A stretch of DNA of 64,000 bases, taken from the NCBI GenBank assembly GCA_035690865.1, contig DASSKE010000004.1, positions 67,503-131,502 on the forward strand. Reading direction: 5' to 3'. The position numbers and the translations under genes were made by a program. Numbering within the stretch: the first letter of the stretch is position 1; each line of letters begins with the position of its first letter. The notes below the pieces were generated by a model, which worked only from the letters and a program-made list of their open reading frames with translations, did no database searches and had not been told where the DNA came from. This stretch comes from Candidatus Saccharimonadales bacterium. Lineage in GTDB: Bacteria; Patescibacteriota; Saccharimonadia; Saccharimonadales; UBA4665. Shown here piece by piece: positions 30,218-39,208 of this stretch.

Positions 30218-30748
30218 CTAGCTTTGCTGGCTAGCTGGAGCATCTTGGTCTCCGTCATTGGCCGGTGTGCCCATGCCGTGATCGTGGCCGGGTCCGCCCA
30301 TCATCAAATACTCCATAGGAATATTGTTTTGCTTGGCCCACGTTTGCAAATCAGTTCGTTCCTGCTCCATAGCGGCTTTGCGCTCGGCGGCGGTCATGTC
30401 CTTGAACTTGTCCTTGTTGGCTTCGCGTTGTTTTTGTAGCTCGTCAAGCTTGGTAAGAATGGCCTGTTTTTGATCGGCGGTAATCTTGCCGTCGCTCACC
30501 GCCTGGGTGAGGCGCTCTTCGAGTTTCGCCTTGCGGTCGGCTTCGTGCTCTTGCCTATCCTGATCAAAAACCTGTTGCACCTGGTCTTTGTTCAGATTAA
30601 ACTTTGTAGCAATCTTGTCTACGATGCTTGCTTTGCTACTGCCGTCACTTGTTTCGGCTGCCGAGGCCATATTTGGCACCATTGCGGCAGTGAGCCCAAG
30701 TGATGAAGTAACGATTCCAGCAACAATCAGTGATTTCTTGCTTGCCAT
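30218..30748 (-). CDS. Secreted charged/coiled-coil protein with His/Met/Gly-rich C-terminus
   Basis: Signal peptide MASKKSLIVAGIVTSSLGLTAAMVPNMASA, a K/E/Q-rich helical body, and the C-terminal MMGGPGHDHGMGTP. Confidence 0.6.
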   Translation of the reverse strand: MASKKSLIVAGIVTSSLGLTAAMVPNMASAAETSDGSSKASIVDKIATKFNLNKDQVQQVFDQDRQEHEADRKAKLEERLTQAVSDGKITADQKQAILTKLDELQKQREANKDKFKDMTAAERKAAMEQERTDLQTWAKQNNIPMEYLMMGGPGHDHGMGTPANDGDQDAPASQQS

Positions 30749-30862
30749 TACGTCTCCTTTCGGTTAATGGTACACTTAATTGTAGACAGCAAGGCTGCGG
30801 AAGTGCTGAATATACTTCCATGTTCTTGCCGAGCATGCAAATGTAATATAAAGGTAAAAGAT

Positions 30863-31096
30863 ATGCCCAAAACGAAAAAACGCCCTGCAAGCAAAAATAG
30901 CCCAAAACGGCTGTATCTATCTAATGACAAGAAGCTAGCCGGCGTGTGCGGCGGTATTGCCGAGTATATAGACGTTGACCCAACAATCATCCGTCTGGCC
31001 TTTGTATTTCTGACTGTCGTATCAGGTATAGTTCCTGGAGTGCTAGCCTATATTATCGCCGCGGCCATTATGCCAAGCCGCCCTGGCCGTTCGTAG
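30863..31096 (+). CDS. PspC domain-containing membrane protein
   Basis: LYLSNDKKLAGVCGGIAEYIDVDPTIIRLAFVFLTV is a PspC domain followed by a TM helix. Start placed at ATG 30863, not the 30767 ORF start. Confidence 0.8.
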   Translation: MPKTKKRPASKNSPKRLYLSNDKKLAGVCGGIAEYIDVDPTIIRLAFVFLTVVSGIVPGVLAYIIAAAIMPSRPGRS

Positions 31097-31138
31097 TATC
31101 CTTGTGCCCGTAACACAAAGCTGCTACAGTACCAGGCT

Positions 31139-32404
31139 ATGACGGTGCCAGAGAGACCCCTCATTGATTCATTTTATGAAGTTGCAGACCTATGCAGGCA
31201 GCGTCCGCCCTATGCTATTTTGGCGCGCATGTGCGATACCGATGATCCCACTATTAAGTTTGCCGAAGAAGTGGGCGGTGCCCGTGAGTGGAAGATGTGG
31301 ACTGAGCGTCAGCCGTATGATAGCGCTTCTGTGGTTGATCCTACACGCCTTCTGGGTTCTAGAGATGAATCCCTCGAATATTATTCTGGCTTGCACCTTC
31401 CCCGCCTTGTTGCGCTTTTTGCTCGGCGCTTTGCTGCCCCCGAAGACTTGAGCGCTGGAGCTGCGACGCTAAGTGCCTGGCTTGGCGAAAGAAGCTGTTT
31501 GTCAGCCAGCGAAAAGACCAGCGTTGAACATGCGGTAGCTAATAGTATCGTCAAATGGCTGCAGGTTGGCCCTGATCCGGTTAATCCCCTGCTGGAACAA
31601 TGGGCAGAGGTTAATGAGCCACGTTTGCGGTCAGCAACCTCACGGACTCTCGGCAAACTCCTTATAAAAGGCAGCATAAGCAGCTACGGTAATCGGCCCA
31701 TTTCACTTGACGACACCAGAATAGTTAATGCCATTACTGCCGCCGACAGTCTGGCAATGCTCGAAGATGGTTTTTGGGTAGACTTTGGTGTACGCGCTGC
31801 GGGCGGTATTTGCCGTCCGGCTTTTTTGCCGCCTCTGGTTGAAAAACTGACCGAACATGCGGAAGAAACTGGGATGCAAGGGCGGTACGACATGCAGCTA
31901 TTATCGCGGGCATACATGACGGCAGTGTTGCAGGCGCATCAAAAAAATCCCGACCGCCACAGCGCAAATACCACACGCATACTAGAAACCACGCGACCCA
32001 AAAAAGGCACGCAACGAGCAATAGATCTGGGCGCACTGGTAAATGTCTCAAACGTTGTGGCTAAACAAATGACGCAGCGCATGCCTCAAGAGCAGAAAGA
32101 CGAAGCTATGCTGGAGGCCCTTCGTCCGGCAGATATGATGCATATTAGTGATGCTTTTTTACGGGTTTTGCATGTAACCCGCCGCAGTGATATGCCTGCG
32201 CGCATGCAAGCCAAACAGTTTGAAGAAGATGTTTACCATGCAGAGGTCGTCGCATTGCTTCGTGAAGGAGTTATTAATCCATTACGAGTGGCTGGCCATG
32301 CCGTATTATCACGAGCACCTCAGGCAGCCGTGCTGCAAGCTCATCTAAAAGCTGGTACATCACTTACCGAAACTCTTCGTCTTTTGCGCCTCGAAGCTCT
32401 TTAA
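31139..32404 (+). CDS. Hypothetical protein (predominantly helical)
   Basis: 421-aa ORF with no signal peptide or TM segment and no recognisable motifs. Confidence 0.5.
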   Translation: MTVPERPLIDSFYEVADLCRQRPPYAILARMCDTDDPTIKFAEEVGGAREWKMWTERQPYDSASVVDPTRLLGSRDESLEYYSGLHLPRLVALFARRFAAPEDLSAGAATLSAWLGERSCLSASEKTSVEHAVANSIVKWLQVGPDPVNPLLEQWAEVNEPRLRSATSRTLGKLLIKGSISSYGNRPISLDDTRIVNAITAADSLAMLEDGFWVDFGVRAAGGICRPAFLPPLVEKLTEHAEETGMQGRYDMQLLSRAYMTAVLQAHQKNPDRHSANTTRILETTRPKKGTQRAIDLGALVNVSNVVAKQMTQRMPQEQKDEAMLEALRPADMMHISDAFLRVLHVTRRSDMPARMQAKQFEEDVYHAEVVALLREGVINPLRVAGHAVLSRAPQAAVLQAHLKAGTSLTETLRLLRLEAL

Positions 32405-32461
32405 CATGACACATGGAATAGTCAGTAGCAATATCATGTAATTGACTAAATATCACAAGCC

Positions 32462-33028
32462 ATGTATAAAAGGTCTATGCAAGATATCCTCTTTCAGCGT
32501 TTCGAAGGTTATCAGGATAACGATATATTTCCCGAAAATAGGCCTATTCCTGCCGGTGAACCTGTTGCGCTGCGGCAACGACTCATCGCACATAAGATTG
32601 GTGAATATGTTGGTGGTACAGCGGGTGTTATGACCAACTTGGGGTATTCTTTTGAAGCCGGCAGCGTCATGTCGGAGTGGACATTTGCCCAGAACGCGTA
32701 CCATAAAGATATTATTGACCATGAGTTTCACCGCATGCGCAACGCAGAGCGACAGGGCCACCTATGTTTGCTCCGCACACCTTTAAATGAGCATGTCTTT
32801 AAGGTGGGCGCACGTTGCGTAACAGACACCCAAGACAGAGTATTGCATATTGAAGGTGTGGGAAATTACCGTGAACCGCGTTCTATTGCTTTGATTCAGG
32901 GAATTGTCCACGCCGTGGCACCGGTGATATTTGCAGACTCTGGTAACACCGTCACGCTGAGCTTGAGCCTAAATGATCTTGGCAGGCACCTTGGCGATGG
33001 CGGCAGGCTTACGCCACTACGCCGCTAG
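32462..33028 (+). CDS. Hypothetical protein
   Basis: 188-aa ORF with no recognisable motifs. Confidence 0.45.
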   Translation: MYKRSMQDILFQRFEGYQDNDIFPENRPIPAGEPVALRQRLIAHKIGEYVGGTAGVMTNLGYSFEAGSVMSEWTFAQNAYHKDIIDHEFHRMRNAERQGHLCLLRTPLNEHVFKVGARCVTDTQDRVLHIEGVGNYREPRSIALIQGIVHAVAPVIFADSGNTVTLSLSLNDLGRHLGDGGRLTPLRR

Positions 33029-33160
33029 CATCTCCGAAGCCAAAAGACGCAAATTTGTCACTTGAGGTTATCCACATGAGCCGCGCATGCACCACCCCAG
33101 GTAATTTTTGAGGAGTATGTTATTCACAAGAATTATGTTAGCTAAATTATCATTTTGTTG

Positions 33161-33188
33161 TTGAAATTGCTAAGATTTACGCTACTAT
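33161..33188 (+). promoter_or_regulatory. Candidate sigma70-type promoter of the sorting-signal protein / exosortase-fusion pair
   Basis: TTGAAA (33161-33166), a 16-nt spacer, then TACTAT (33183-33188), in an AT-rich 180-nt intergenic region. GGAGGG SD at 33214-33219. Confidence 0.45.
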
Positions 33189-33225
33189 TGAGTAGTAATA
33201 ACAACTACAAATGGAGGGAAATGCT

Positions 33226-33705
33226 ATGTTTACACGGGTCAAAAAATGGTCAGGTACTACCACGGCCATTGTGATAGCCGCACTGGCCGCACTTATGCTT
33301 ATGGTAGCCCCAGCTACAAGGGCGGGCGCACTCCCTCCCCTCACCGACGTAACAGGTGTTGTAACTGACGAGAACGGCGACGCTGTAGGTAACGCACAGG
33401 TTTCAGTAACCTGTGGCACAAAAAACACTATGGACATGACCGACGCTAAGGGTGCATATCTGGTGAGCTTTAGTGCTATTGACTGCCCATTTGGCGCAAC
33501 CGTTAAGGTAGTTGCCACCAAGAATGGCAAGACTGGCAAGGCAACCGGTACGGTGCATGGCATAACAACCAAACTTAATATTGCTATCGTAAATGTTCAG
33601 ATTCCTGAATATGGTCTGATTGGCAGTCTCGTGGCTGGCGGCCTTGGTATTGGTGCAATCAGCTTTTACCGTCGCCGAGCAGTAACCAATGGCTCTACTA
33701 TATAA
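33226..33705 (+). CDS. Secreted Ig/CarboxypepD_reg-like protein with a C-terminal PEYG-TM-RRR (PEP-CTERM-like) sorting signal
   Basis: Signal peptide (TTTAIVIAALAALMLMVAPATRA). The GVVTDENGDAVGNAQVSV...TDAKGAYL segment is beta-sandwich-like. The tail is IPEYG + LIGSLVAGGLGIGAISFY + RRR. Start placed 6 nt after GGAGGG. Confidence 0.7.
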   Translation: MFTRVKKWSGTTTAIVIAALAALMLMVAPATRAGALPPLTDVTGVVTDENGDAVGNAQVSVTCGTKNTMDMTDAKGAYLVSFSAIDCPFGATVKVVATKNGKTGKATGTVHGITTKLNIAIVNVQIPEYGLIGSLVAGGLGIGAISFYRRRAVTNGSTI

Positions 33706-33722
33706 ATGAAGAGGACCAACCG

Positions 33723-35933
33723 TTGAGATTTGTGTCTAAGGCTACCGCTCCGCTTATTTGGCGGACGGTAGCTTTTATTGGTATTTTTGGGATACTTTCG
33801 GGAGTCTTGGGCTCGCAAATTATTGCCGGAGGCATCGTTAATCGCGATGGCTTCGCGATATATGGCGGCCTTGGCAAAGCGATGATTTTTGGTGTCATCG
33901 CTTTTCTGTTGGTAATACGGGGACATCGCGCGATAGGTCTAGAGGAATGGAGGCGCCAGCTTTTTGGCTGGCTGTTGTTGAGCATTCTTTGCGGGCTAGC
34001 GGCCTGGCAAGGCATACAAATGTTACTTGTTCAACAAAGTACTGCGGCAACGTTTCTGGTGCACACCAGTATAGTGGTCGCCATTGCTTGTGCATTCCTT
34101 GGAGTTTTTGGATTGCCAAACACCCGAAGGCTTGTGCGCGGCTACCAAAAGGAGTTATGGCAGGCTGCGGGTATTGCAGTTGGATTTTATGTGCTTTTGC
34201 AGTTGGTATATAGCTTATGGCGGCCGTTAGCTGGTGTTGTTATCCATAGCGTGGCCTGGCTATTGAGTAGCAGTCACGTACCCGTTGATATAATTGCCTC
34301 AAACGTCCTTGTAACGGATAAGTTTGGCGTAACTGTCGCGCAGTATTGTTCTGGTGTAGAATCCATTGCCTTATTTAGCGGCTTGTATGCAGTCGTGGGC
34401 CTCCTTGACCGCCCTCGACTGAATGTGCGTCGTTATATAGGTGTATTTCCTATTGCTCTGCTAGGATTGTTCCTGCTAAATATCATAAGAGTGTATGCAT
34501 TAATTGCGGCAGGCTACTATTATAACCCTGAAATTGCGTTTAGCCTCTTTCATAGTTATGCGGGGACGCTCTTTTTTGTGCTTTATAGTATTGCATTTTG
34601 GGCAGTTGCTTACAGGTATATTACGAACAGAAGCATAAAACCGGTTCCTGATAGCCGAGGTGGCACTGGAGGTGACCCACAAAGAGTGCTTATTTCGCAT
34701 GTATATTCGAGCGACAATAAGGGCGATGCGGCACTCACCAGCGTGCTGATTGCTGATATACGCCGTATATTCCCCACAGCGACTATAACAATTGCAAGCC
34801 TGGAGGGCACTTCGGGGCAGACATTTGAGGGTGTGCCTGTAGAGACATCATTTATGGCCTACGCTCTTAGTGGCTACAGGAACAACATAGCAAAGCTAGC
34901 ATACACAGCGTACATGGTGCCAGCCACAATGCTCTGGGCGGTTCTGTATAGGCTAACAAAACATGATATGTGGTTACCCAGCCATATCCGTCGCGTAACA
35001 CGCCTGTACGCCAATGCTGACCTTATTGTACCTGTGGGCGGAGGGTATTTGCGTAGTCGCCCGGGGTTACGTAACCGGCTAAACGTTCCCCTATTGCTCC
35101 ATCCGTTGATTATTGGTCGCCTGCTGCAAAAGCCTACTGTGCTGTACGCTCAGTCGGTGGGGCCTTTTCAAAATCGTGCCGAGGAGCAGCTCGTTGCGTG
35201 GGTGTTGCGTCGGATGTCGTGTATTTTGTTGCGCGAAGATCGCTCGCTAGAGCTCTTGCGTAAGCTTGGCGTGCATCGGGGAGTCCACCGTGCCGTGGAT
35301 TCTGGTTTTTTACTGCAAAGTACCGCTCCATCACGAGTTCGTGAGCAATACCATGTCCCTAAGAATAAAAGACTTTTGGGTGTTACGGTGCGCTCATGGC
35401 TCAGTGGTAGAGCTCAACAGCGCTACGAAAAGGCAGTAGCAAGTGCGCTGGACGTTTTTATAAAGGAGTATGATGCGCATGTCATTTTTATCCCGCAAGT
35501 TACAGCTGCCAAGGGTGATGATGATCGAATTGTCGCCCGGCGCGTGCAAAAGGCAATGCGTCGCAAAAAGAACGTTACCGTCGTTGAAGAAACGCCCGAT
35601 CACCACGCTATAAAAACCATGTACGATGGTTTGGATATACTTCTAGGCACGAGATTTCACTCGGTTATTTTCTCACTTACTTCGTTAGTACCTGTGGTGG
35701 CCATTGAGTACGAGCACAAAACAAGCGGCATCATGCACGATCTGGCCCTCGATAAATGGGTTCTCCCTATTGAGGAGGTTACCAGGGATAAACTGCTTCT
35801 TCTTTTGCGAAACGTGGTTACAGATTACCAAGCCTATCAAGCAATCCTCCGCAAACGCGTCCCGCCCTACCAGGACGAGGCGCGTCAAACGGCAGAACAT
35901 CTACGAGAGACATACCAGCAAGCTATCCTATGA
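33723..35933 (+). CDS. Fusion protein: exosortase/archaeosortase-like polytopic domain + polysaccharide pyruvyl transferase domain
   Basis: aa 1-300 contain about 8 TM helices with YCSGVES (Cys209), NIIRVY (Arg256) and FHSYAG (His277), in the order expected for the exosortase catalytic triad. aa 320-736 carry SSDNKGDAALTS and GTRFHSVIF...VVAIEYEHK, typical of CsaB/WcaK-type pyruvyl transferases. Confidence 0.7.
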   Translation: MRFVSKATAPLIWRTVAFIGIFGILSGVLGSQIIAGGIVNRDGFAIYGGLGKAMIFGVIAFLLVIRGHRAIGLEEWRRQLFGWLLLSILCGLAAWQGIQMLLVQQSTAATFLVHTSIVVAIACAFLGVFGLPNTRRLVRGYQKELWQAAGIAVGFYVLLQLVYSLWRPLAGVVIHSVAWLLSSSHVPVDIIASNVLVTDKFGVTVAQYCSGVESIALFSGLYAVVGLLDRPRLNVRRYIGVFPIALLGLFLLNIIRVYALIAAGYYYNPEIAFSLFHSYAGTLFFVLYSIAFWAVAYRYITNRSIKPVPDSRGGTGGDPQRVLISHVYSSDNKGDAALTSVLIADIRRIFPTATITIASLEGTSGQTFEGVPVETSFMAYALSGYRNNIAKLAYTAYMVPATMLWAVLYRLTKHDMWLPSHIRRVTRLYANADLIVPVGGGYLRSRPGLRNRLNVPLLLHPLIIGRLLQKPTVLYAQSVGPFQNRAEEQLVAWVLRRMSCILLREDRSLELLRKLGVHRGVHRAVDSGFLLQSTAPSRVREQYHVPKNKRLLGVTVRSWLSGRAQQRYEKAVASALDVFIKEYDAHVIFIPQVTAAKGDDDRIVARRVQKAMRRKKNVTVVEETPDHHAIKTMYDGLDILLGTRFHSVIFSLTSLVPVVAIEYEHKTSGIMHDLALDKWVLPIEEVTRDKLLLLLRNVVTDYQAYQAILRKRVPPYQDEARQTAEHLRETYQQAIL

Positions 35934-37947
35934 CAGAATAGTTGAAGTTTAGAATAGCTCCGCCTTGCAACGCTTTACGCGTGGATATGGTAAAGGAAGC
36001 TTCACTGCGTGCGGAAATATAGAGGTCGGCAGCCACAGCAGAATGGTCGGCAATGGTAATAAAAAGCGGAGGACTCGCAAAAGGTCGCGAAAAGGTGACG
36101 GTTGCGATGGTGCCGGCGGCGGTAGGACTTGGCTTAACTGCCGCCGAAATTGATCCAGCAATATCCCTCACTTGCGGCATTGGATTGGCATAGCTTACCT
36201 GTTGGCCGGCCGTTACAACCGGCGGCGTTCCTACAGCCAACGGTCGCCCGTGGGAATCAATAGCTACTCCCTGAATGTTGTATGCTTGGTCCTGAAATTC
36301 AAGCAATCGAAGGTTAGAGGTATTTGTCGGCCGTACAATTGCCAGACCCCGATCGCCTTCTTGCGCGGGCTTAATGAGCATGGCAATCTTGTCGTAGGGC
36401 GCCGTATTGAGGCCCACATAGCCTTTGGCGCCATCAATTTTGAACTTGCCGCCAGCAAAACGAGCTGAGCCAGTTGATCCGATAATGCGCCAACTTTCGG
36501 TTTTATAATTATCGGCGTAACCAACGATATCCATGGCGTTAAGAGCATGTATGGCCGGCCGGGTATCGTTGTTGTCAATCTTAAAGAGGTCCTCGTGGGT
36601 TATGTCATCACGAACCCTAAAGATGCCGGTCTTGTTGATATTTAAGGTAATACCTACGCTGGGGTTGGGCGACAAATCTTCGGAGACCTCGCCTTTTGTT
36701 CGGCGTCCGCGGTTGGTAACATGAGACGCCACAAACACATTGCTGGACTCAGGTTCGGCAACCACTGCCGCTTCAATAGGATCCTGCGTCGGATAATACG
36801 TGCTAAGCTTGTGGTACATATGCGGCCCGCCCTGAAAAATATGCACCAACGAATTTGCCAAGTTTACCTCAGCGCCCCATTGCATGTAAATATCGGTCAT
36901 AAAAACGTGCGTTCCCCAGTCTTCGATAGCATCCAGTGGTTTTACAACATCGGGGTCGGCGGCCATGAGCGCCATATATAACTGGCTCACATATATAAGA
37001 GTGCTCCCTGGCATGATCTGAAAAGCTGATCCCGACAGGCGTCGACTCTCCATTTTGCATGAAACAAAAAAGAAGCCGTTAAGCAGATGCGGCGATCCAT
37101 TAGCCGCACCGTGTAAACAAATGGCACCGTTGCGGAACCCTTCCCAGCGGCAACCCAAAAAGTGGATCTGATTACAGTTATCTTCTCCGTAGCCAAAGGT
37201 ACCCTTTGGCAAACTATTGCGAAAGAGTGTGGCCGGCTCGGTCACGGAGCCGCAGTTCTCCCAGCTACAGTTATAGAATCGGGTGTCCCAAACCTCTACA
37301 AAGTCCATGGCAGTACCGTTGGCATACCGAAAACTTACGTCGCGAAATACGAAGTTATCTGCAAAGTATACGCGGAGAAGTACGCCGGGCTGATAGTCGC
37401 CTGTGAGCATAATATTGGTGAGCGAACCAAACTTAACATGTCCGTCTACACTAAAGCTGCCGCTAAAGTCGATGAGAGGCTCGCTACCACTAAGCCGGGC
37501 AATTCGTGAGCCCCAACGGGCCTCGCCGGTAATAGTAATACCATGCCGGCGCACTTTAAGCGTGGTTACTTTGTAGGTGCCACGCGGCACTTCAATAACA
37601 CCACCATTCTCTACGGAGTCAATAGCTGCCTGGATTGCGGCTGTATCATCTGTTACGCCATCACCCTTGGCTCCAAAATCCAGCACGTTGACGCGTAGTC
37701 GAGATTTAGCACGTAAAACACTACCCACGTCTTTCCAGACTAATCGGTCATCCTCATTGGTAAGCACGAGGTCGCTGATATCTTGTGTTGTGGCATTCTT
37801 TACATCGAGATCCCAAAGTGTAACAGAGTGAGCGGGAATGCTCTCGGTGCGCTGCGTTCCATCTGGATTGTGCGAGACCAGCAAATATTCATTTAATAGT
37901 TCCGCCCATATATTATCGTCACTCCCCGGTTGCGGCAATCTTGCCAT
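35923..37947 (-). CDS. Right-handed beta-helix protein (pectate-lyase superfamily / GH28-related, depolymerase- or tailspike-like)
   Basis: VNVLDFGAKGDGVTDDTAAIQAAIDSVENGGVIEVPRGTYKV is the Pectate_lyase_3 N-terminal signature. The N-terminus NIWAELLNEYLLVSHNPDGT resembles tail-fibre-type heads. No signal peptide. Confidence 0.75.
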   Translation of the reverse strand: MARLPQPGSDDNIWAELLNEYLLVSHNPDGTQRTESIPAHSVTLWDLDVKNATTQDISDLVLTNEDDRLVWKDVGSVLRAKSRLRVNVLDFGAKGDGVTDDTAAIQAAIDSVENGGVIEVPRGTYKVTTLKVRRHGITITGEARWGSRIARLSGSEPLIDFSGSFSVDGHVKFGSLTNIMLTGDYQPGVLLRVYFADNFVFRDVSFRYANGTAMDFVEVWDTRFYNCSWENCGSVTEPATLFRNSLPKGTFGYGEDNCNQIHFLGCRWEGFRNGAICLHGAANGSPHLLNGFFFVSCKMESRRLSGSAFQIMPGSTLIYVSQLYMALMAADPDVVKPLDAIEDWGTHVFMTDIYMQWGAEVNLANSLVHIFQGGPHMYHKLSTYYPTQDPIEAAVVAEPESSNVFVASHVTNRGRRTKGEVSEDLSPNPSVGITLNINKTGIFRVRDDITHEDLFKIDNNDTRPAIHALNAMDIVGYADNYKTESWRIIGSTGSARFAGGKFKIDGAKGYVGLNTAPYDKIAMLIKPAQEGDRGLAIVRPTNTSNLRLLEFQDQAYNIQGVAIDSHGRPLAVGTPPVVTAGQQVSYANPMPQVRDIAGSISAAVKPSPTAAGTIATVTFSRPFASPPLFITIADHSAVAADLYISARSEASFTISTRKALQGGAILNFNYSVIG

Positions 37948-39208
37948 ATAAGGCCTCCTTTACTATGTTTACCTTGGGTTGCTTAGCGAATATAAGTCCA
38001 GTAACAATAGAGCCAATATTTCCGGCCAACCAGGCCCAACCAATTGCCGAAACGCCCAAACTGGGCAAGCCTACATACGAAATACTGAGTATCAGAAGGG
38101 CATAGACGGTATTCATAGCAATAATCCCGCGCAGGTTCCTGGTTATTTTAAAGATAACGCCCAGGGCGGAATAAGCGGCAACGGGCAATGCACTAAGCGT
38201 AAGAAGCTGCAATATGCCCCTACCCTGTTCGGCATAATCCTTGCCGAAGAATCCAAGCACAAAGCTGCTGCTTGCAAACAAAATTACCATAGCGGGTACA
38301 AGAAGTACGCCGATAAGTTTAGCTGCTTTGCGTAAATGTAACGAAAAAGCTGCTTCGTTATGCGAGCCTTCGGCAAAAGCAGACTGCATGGCTGCATACG
38401 AAATGGTATAGAGTACGCTTGCGATGGTAAAGCTGATGTAATAATAAGCCGCGTTGTCGGGGCGGAGTGAATGGACGATAATAAGCGGCACCAGCGTTGG
38501 CGGCAGTAGGTTAAGCAAGCTTGATATATAGACCGAGAACGAATATCGCTGCACTTTTTTTAAGATTGCACTGTCGATACCAAAAGTTGGCTTGTAGCCA
38601 AATTGCCGCCACAACGCAGCGAGGCTGCATAACAGCCCTACTAGTTGCGATATGCCTGCGAGCAGAAAAATGTGCATAGCACTGGGGTGTATCCAGAGTA
38701 AAGGTAGTACCACTTTAGCTGCGCCAAAGAGAATATTGATCGATAGAATAGTCAGCGCTTTTTTGTGGGCTAAGAAAATGGCATTAGTCAGAGTGTTCAA
38801 CGATGTAATAACGGTAAAGAAAACGAAACTAGCACCATACCACCAATGATGCGTCACGAAGGAAAGGCTAGAACTGACTGCCGGAAGGATAAAGACACAA
38901 CCCGCTGATAGCACAGCGCTCGTAACGGACACTACTGTTAAGCTACTGCGAACGTGCGCCTGTGGGTTCTGGGCTCCGGGCAAAAAACGCACCAATGTTG
39001 TATCAAATCCTGCCAGTCCAAGCAGTGAGACCAGGCTAGAGACAGCAAGCAGTGTTGTGGCGACGCCTACTGTACTGCTAGAGTACGCGTGAGCGACAAT
39101 TGTCCAAAAAACAAAACCAAAGCCGGCCAATGCGCCCGTGGCTAGGAGCAAGAGGAGCGAATTTGTCAGCTGGGTGCTGTTACGCAACTCTGTCCATATG
39201 CGCATCAT
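37919..39208 (-). CDS. Oligosaccharide/polysaccharide flippase (Wzx-like, MOP superfamily)
   Basis: 429 aa, about 12-14 TM helices, N-terminal pattern typical of polysaccharide biosynthesis (Wzx) proteins. Overlaps both neighbouring genes. Confidence 0.75.
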   Translation of the reverse strand: MMRIWTELRNSTQLTNSLLLLLATGALAGFGFVFWTIVAHAYSSSTVGVATTLLAVSSLVSLLGLAGFDTTLVRFLPGAQNPQAHVRSSLTVVSVTSAVLSAGCVFILPAVSSSLSFVTHHWWYGASFVFFTVITSLNTLTNAIFLAHKKALTILSINILFGAAKVVLPLLWIHPSAMHIFLLAGISQLVGLLCSLAALWRQFGYKPTFGIDSAILKKVQRYSFSVYISSLLNLLPPTLVPLIIVHSLRPDNAAYYYISFTIASVLYTISYAAMQSAFAEGSHNEAAFSLHLRKAAKLIGVLLVPAMVILFASSSFVLGFFGKDYAEQGRGILQLLTLSALPVAAYSALGVIFKITRNLRGIIAMNTVYALLILSISYVGLPSLGVSAIGWAWLAGNIGSIVTGLIFAKQPKVNIVKEALYGKIAATGE

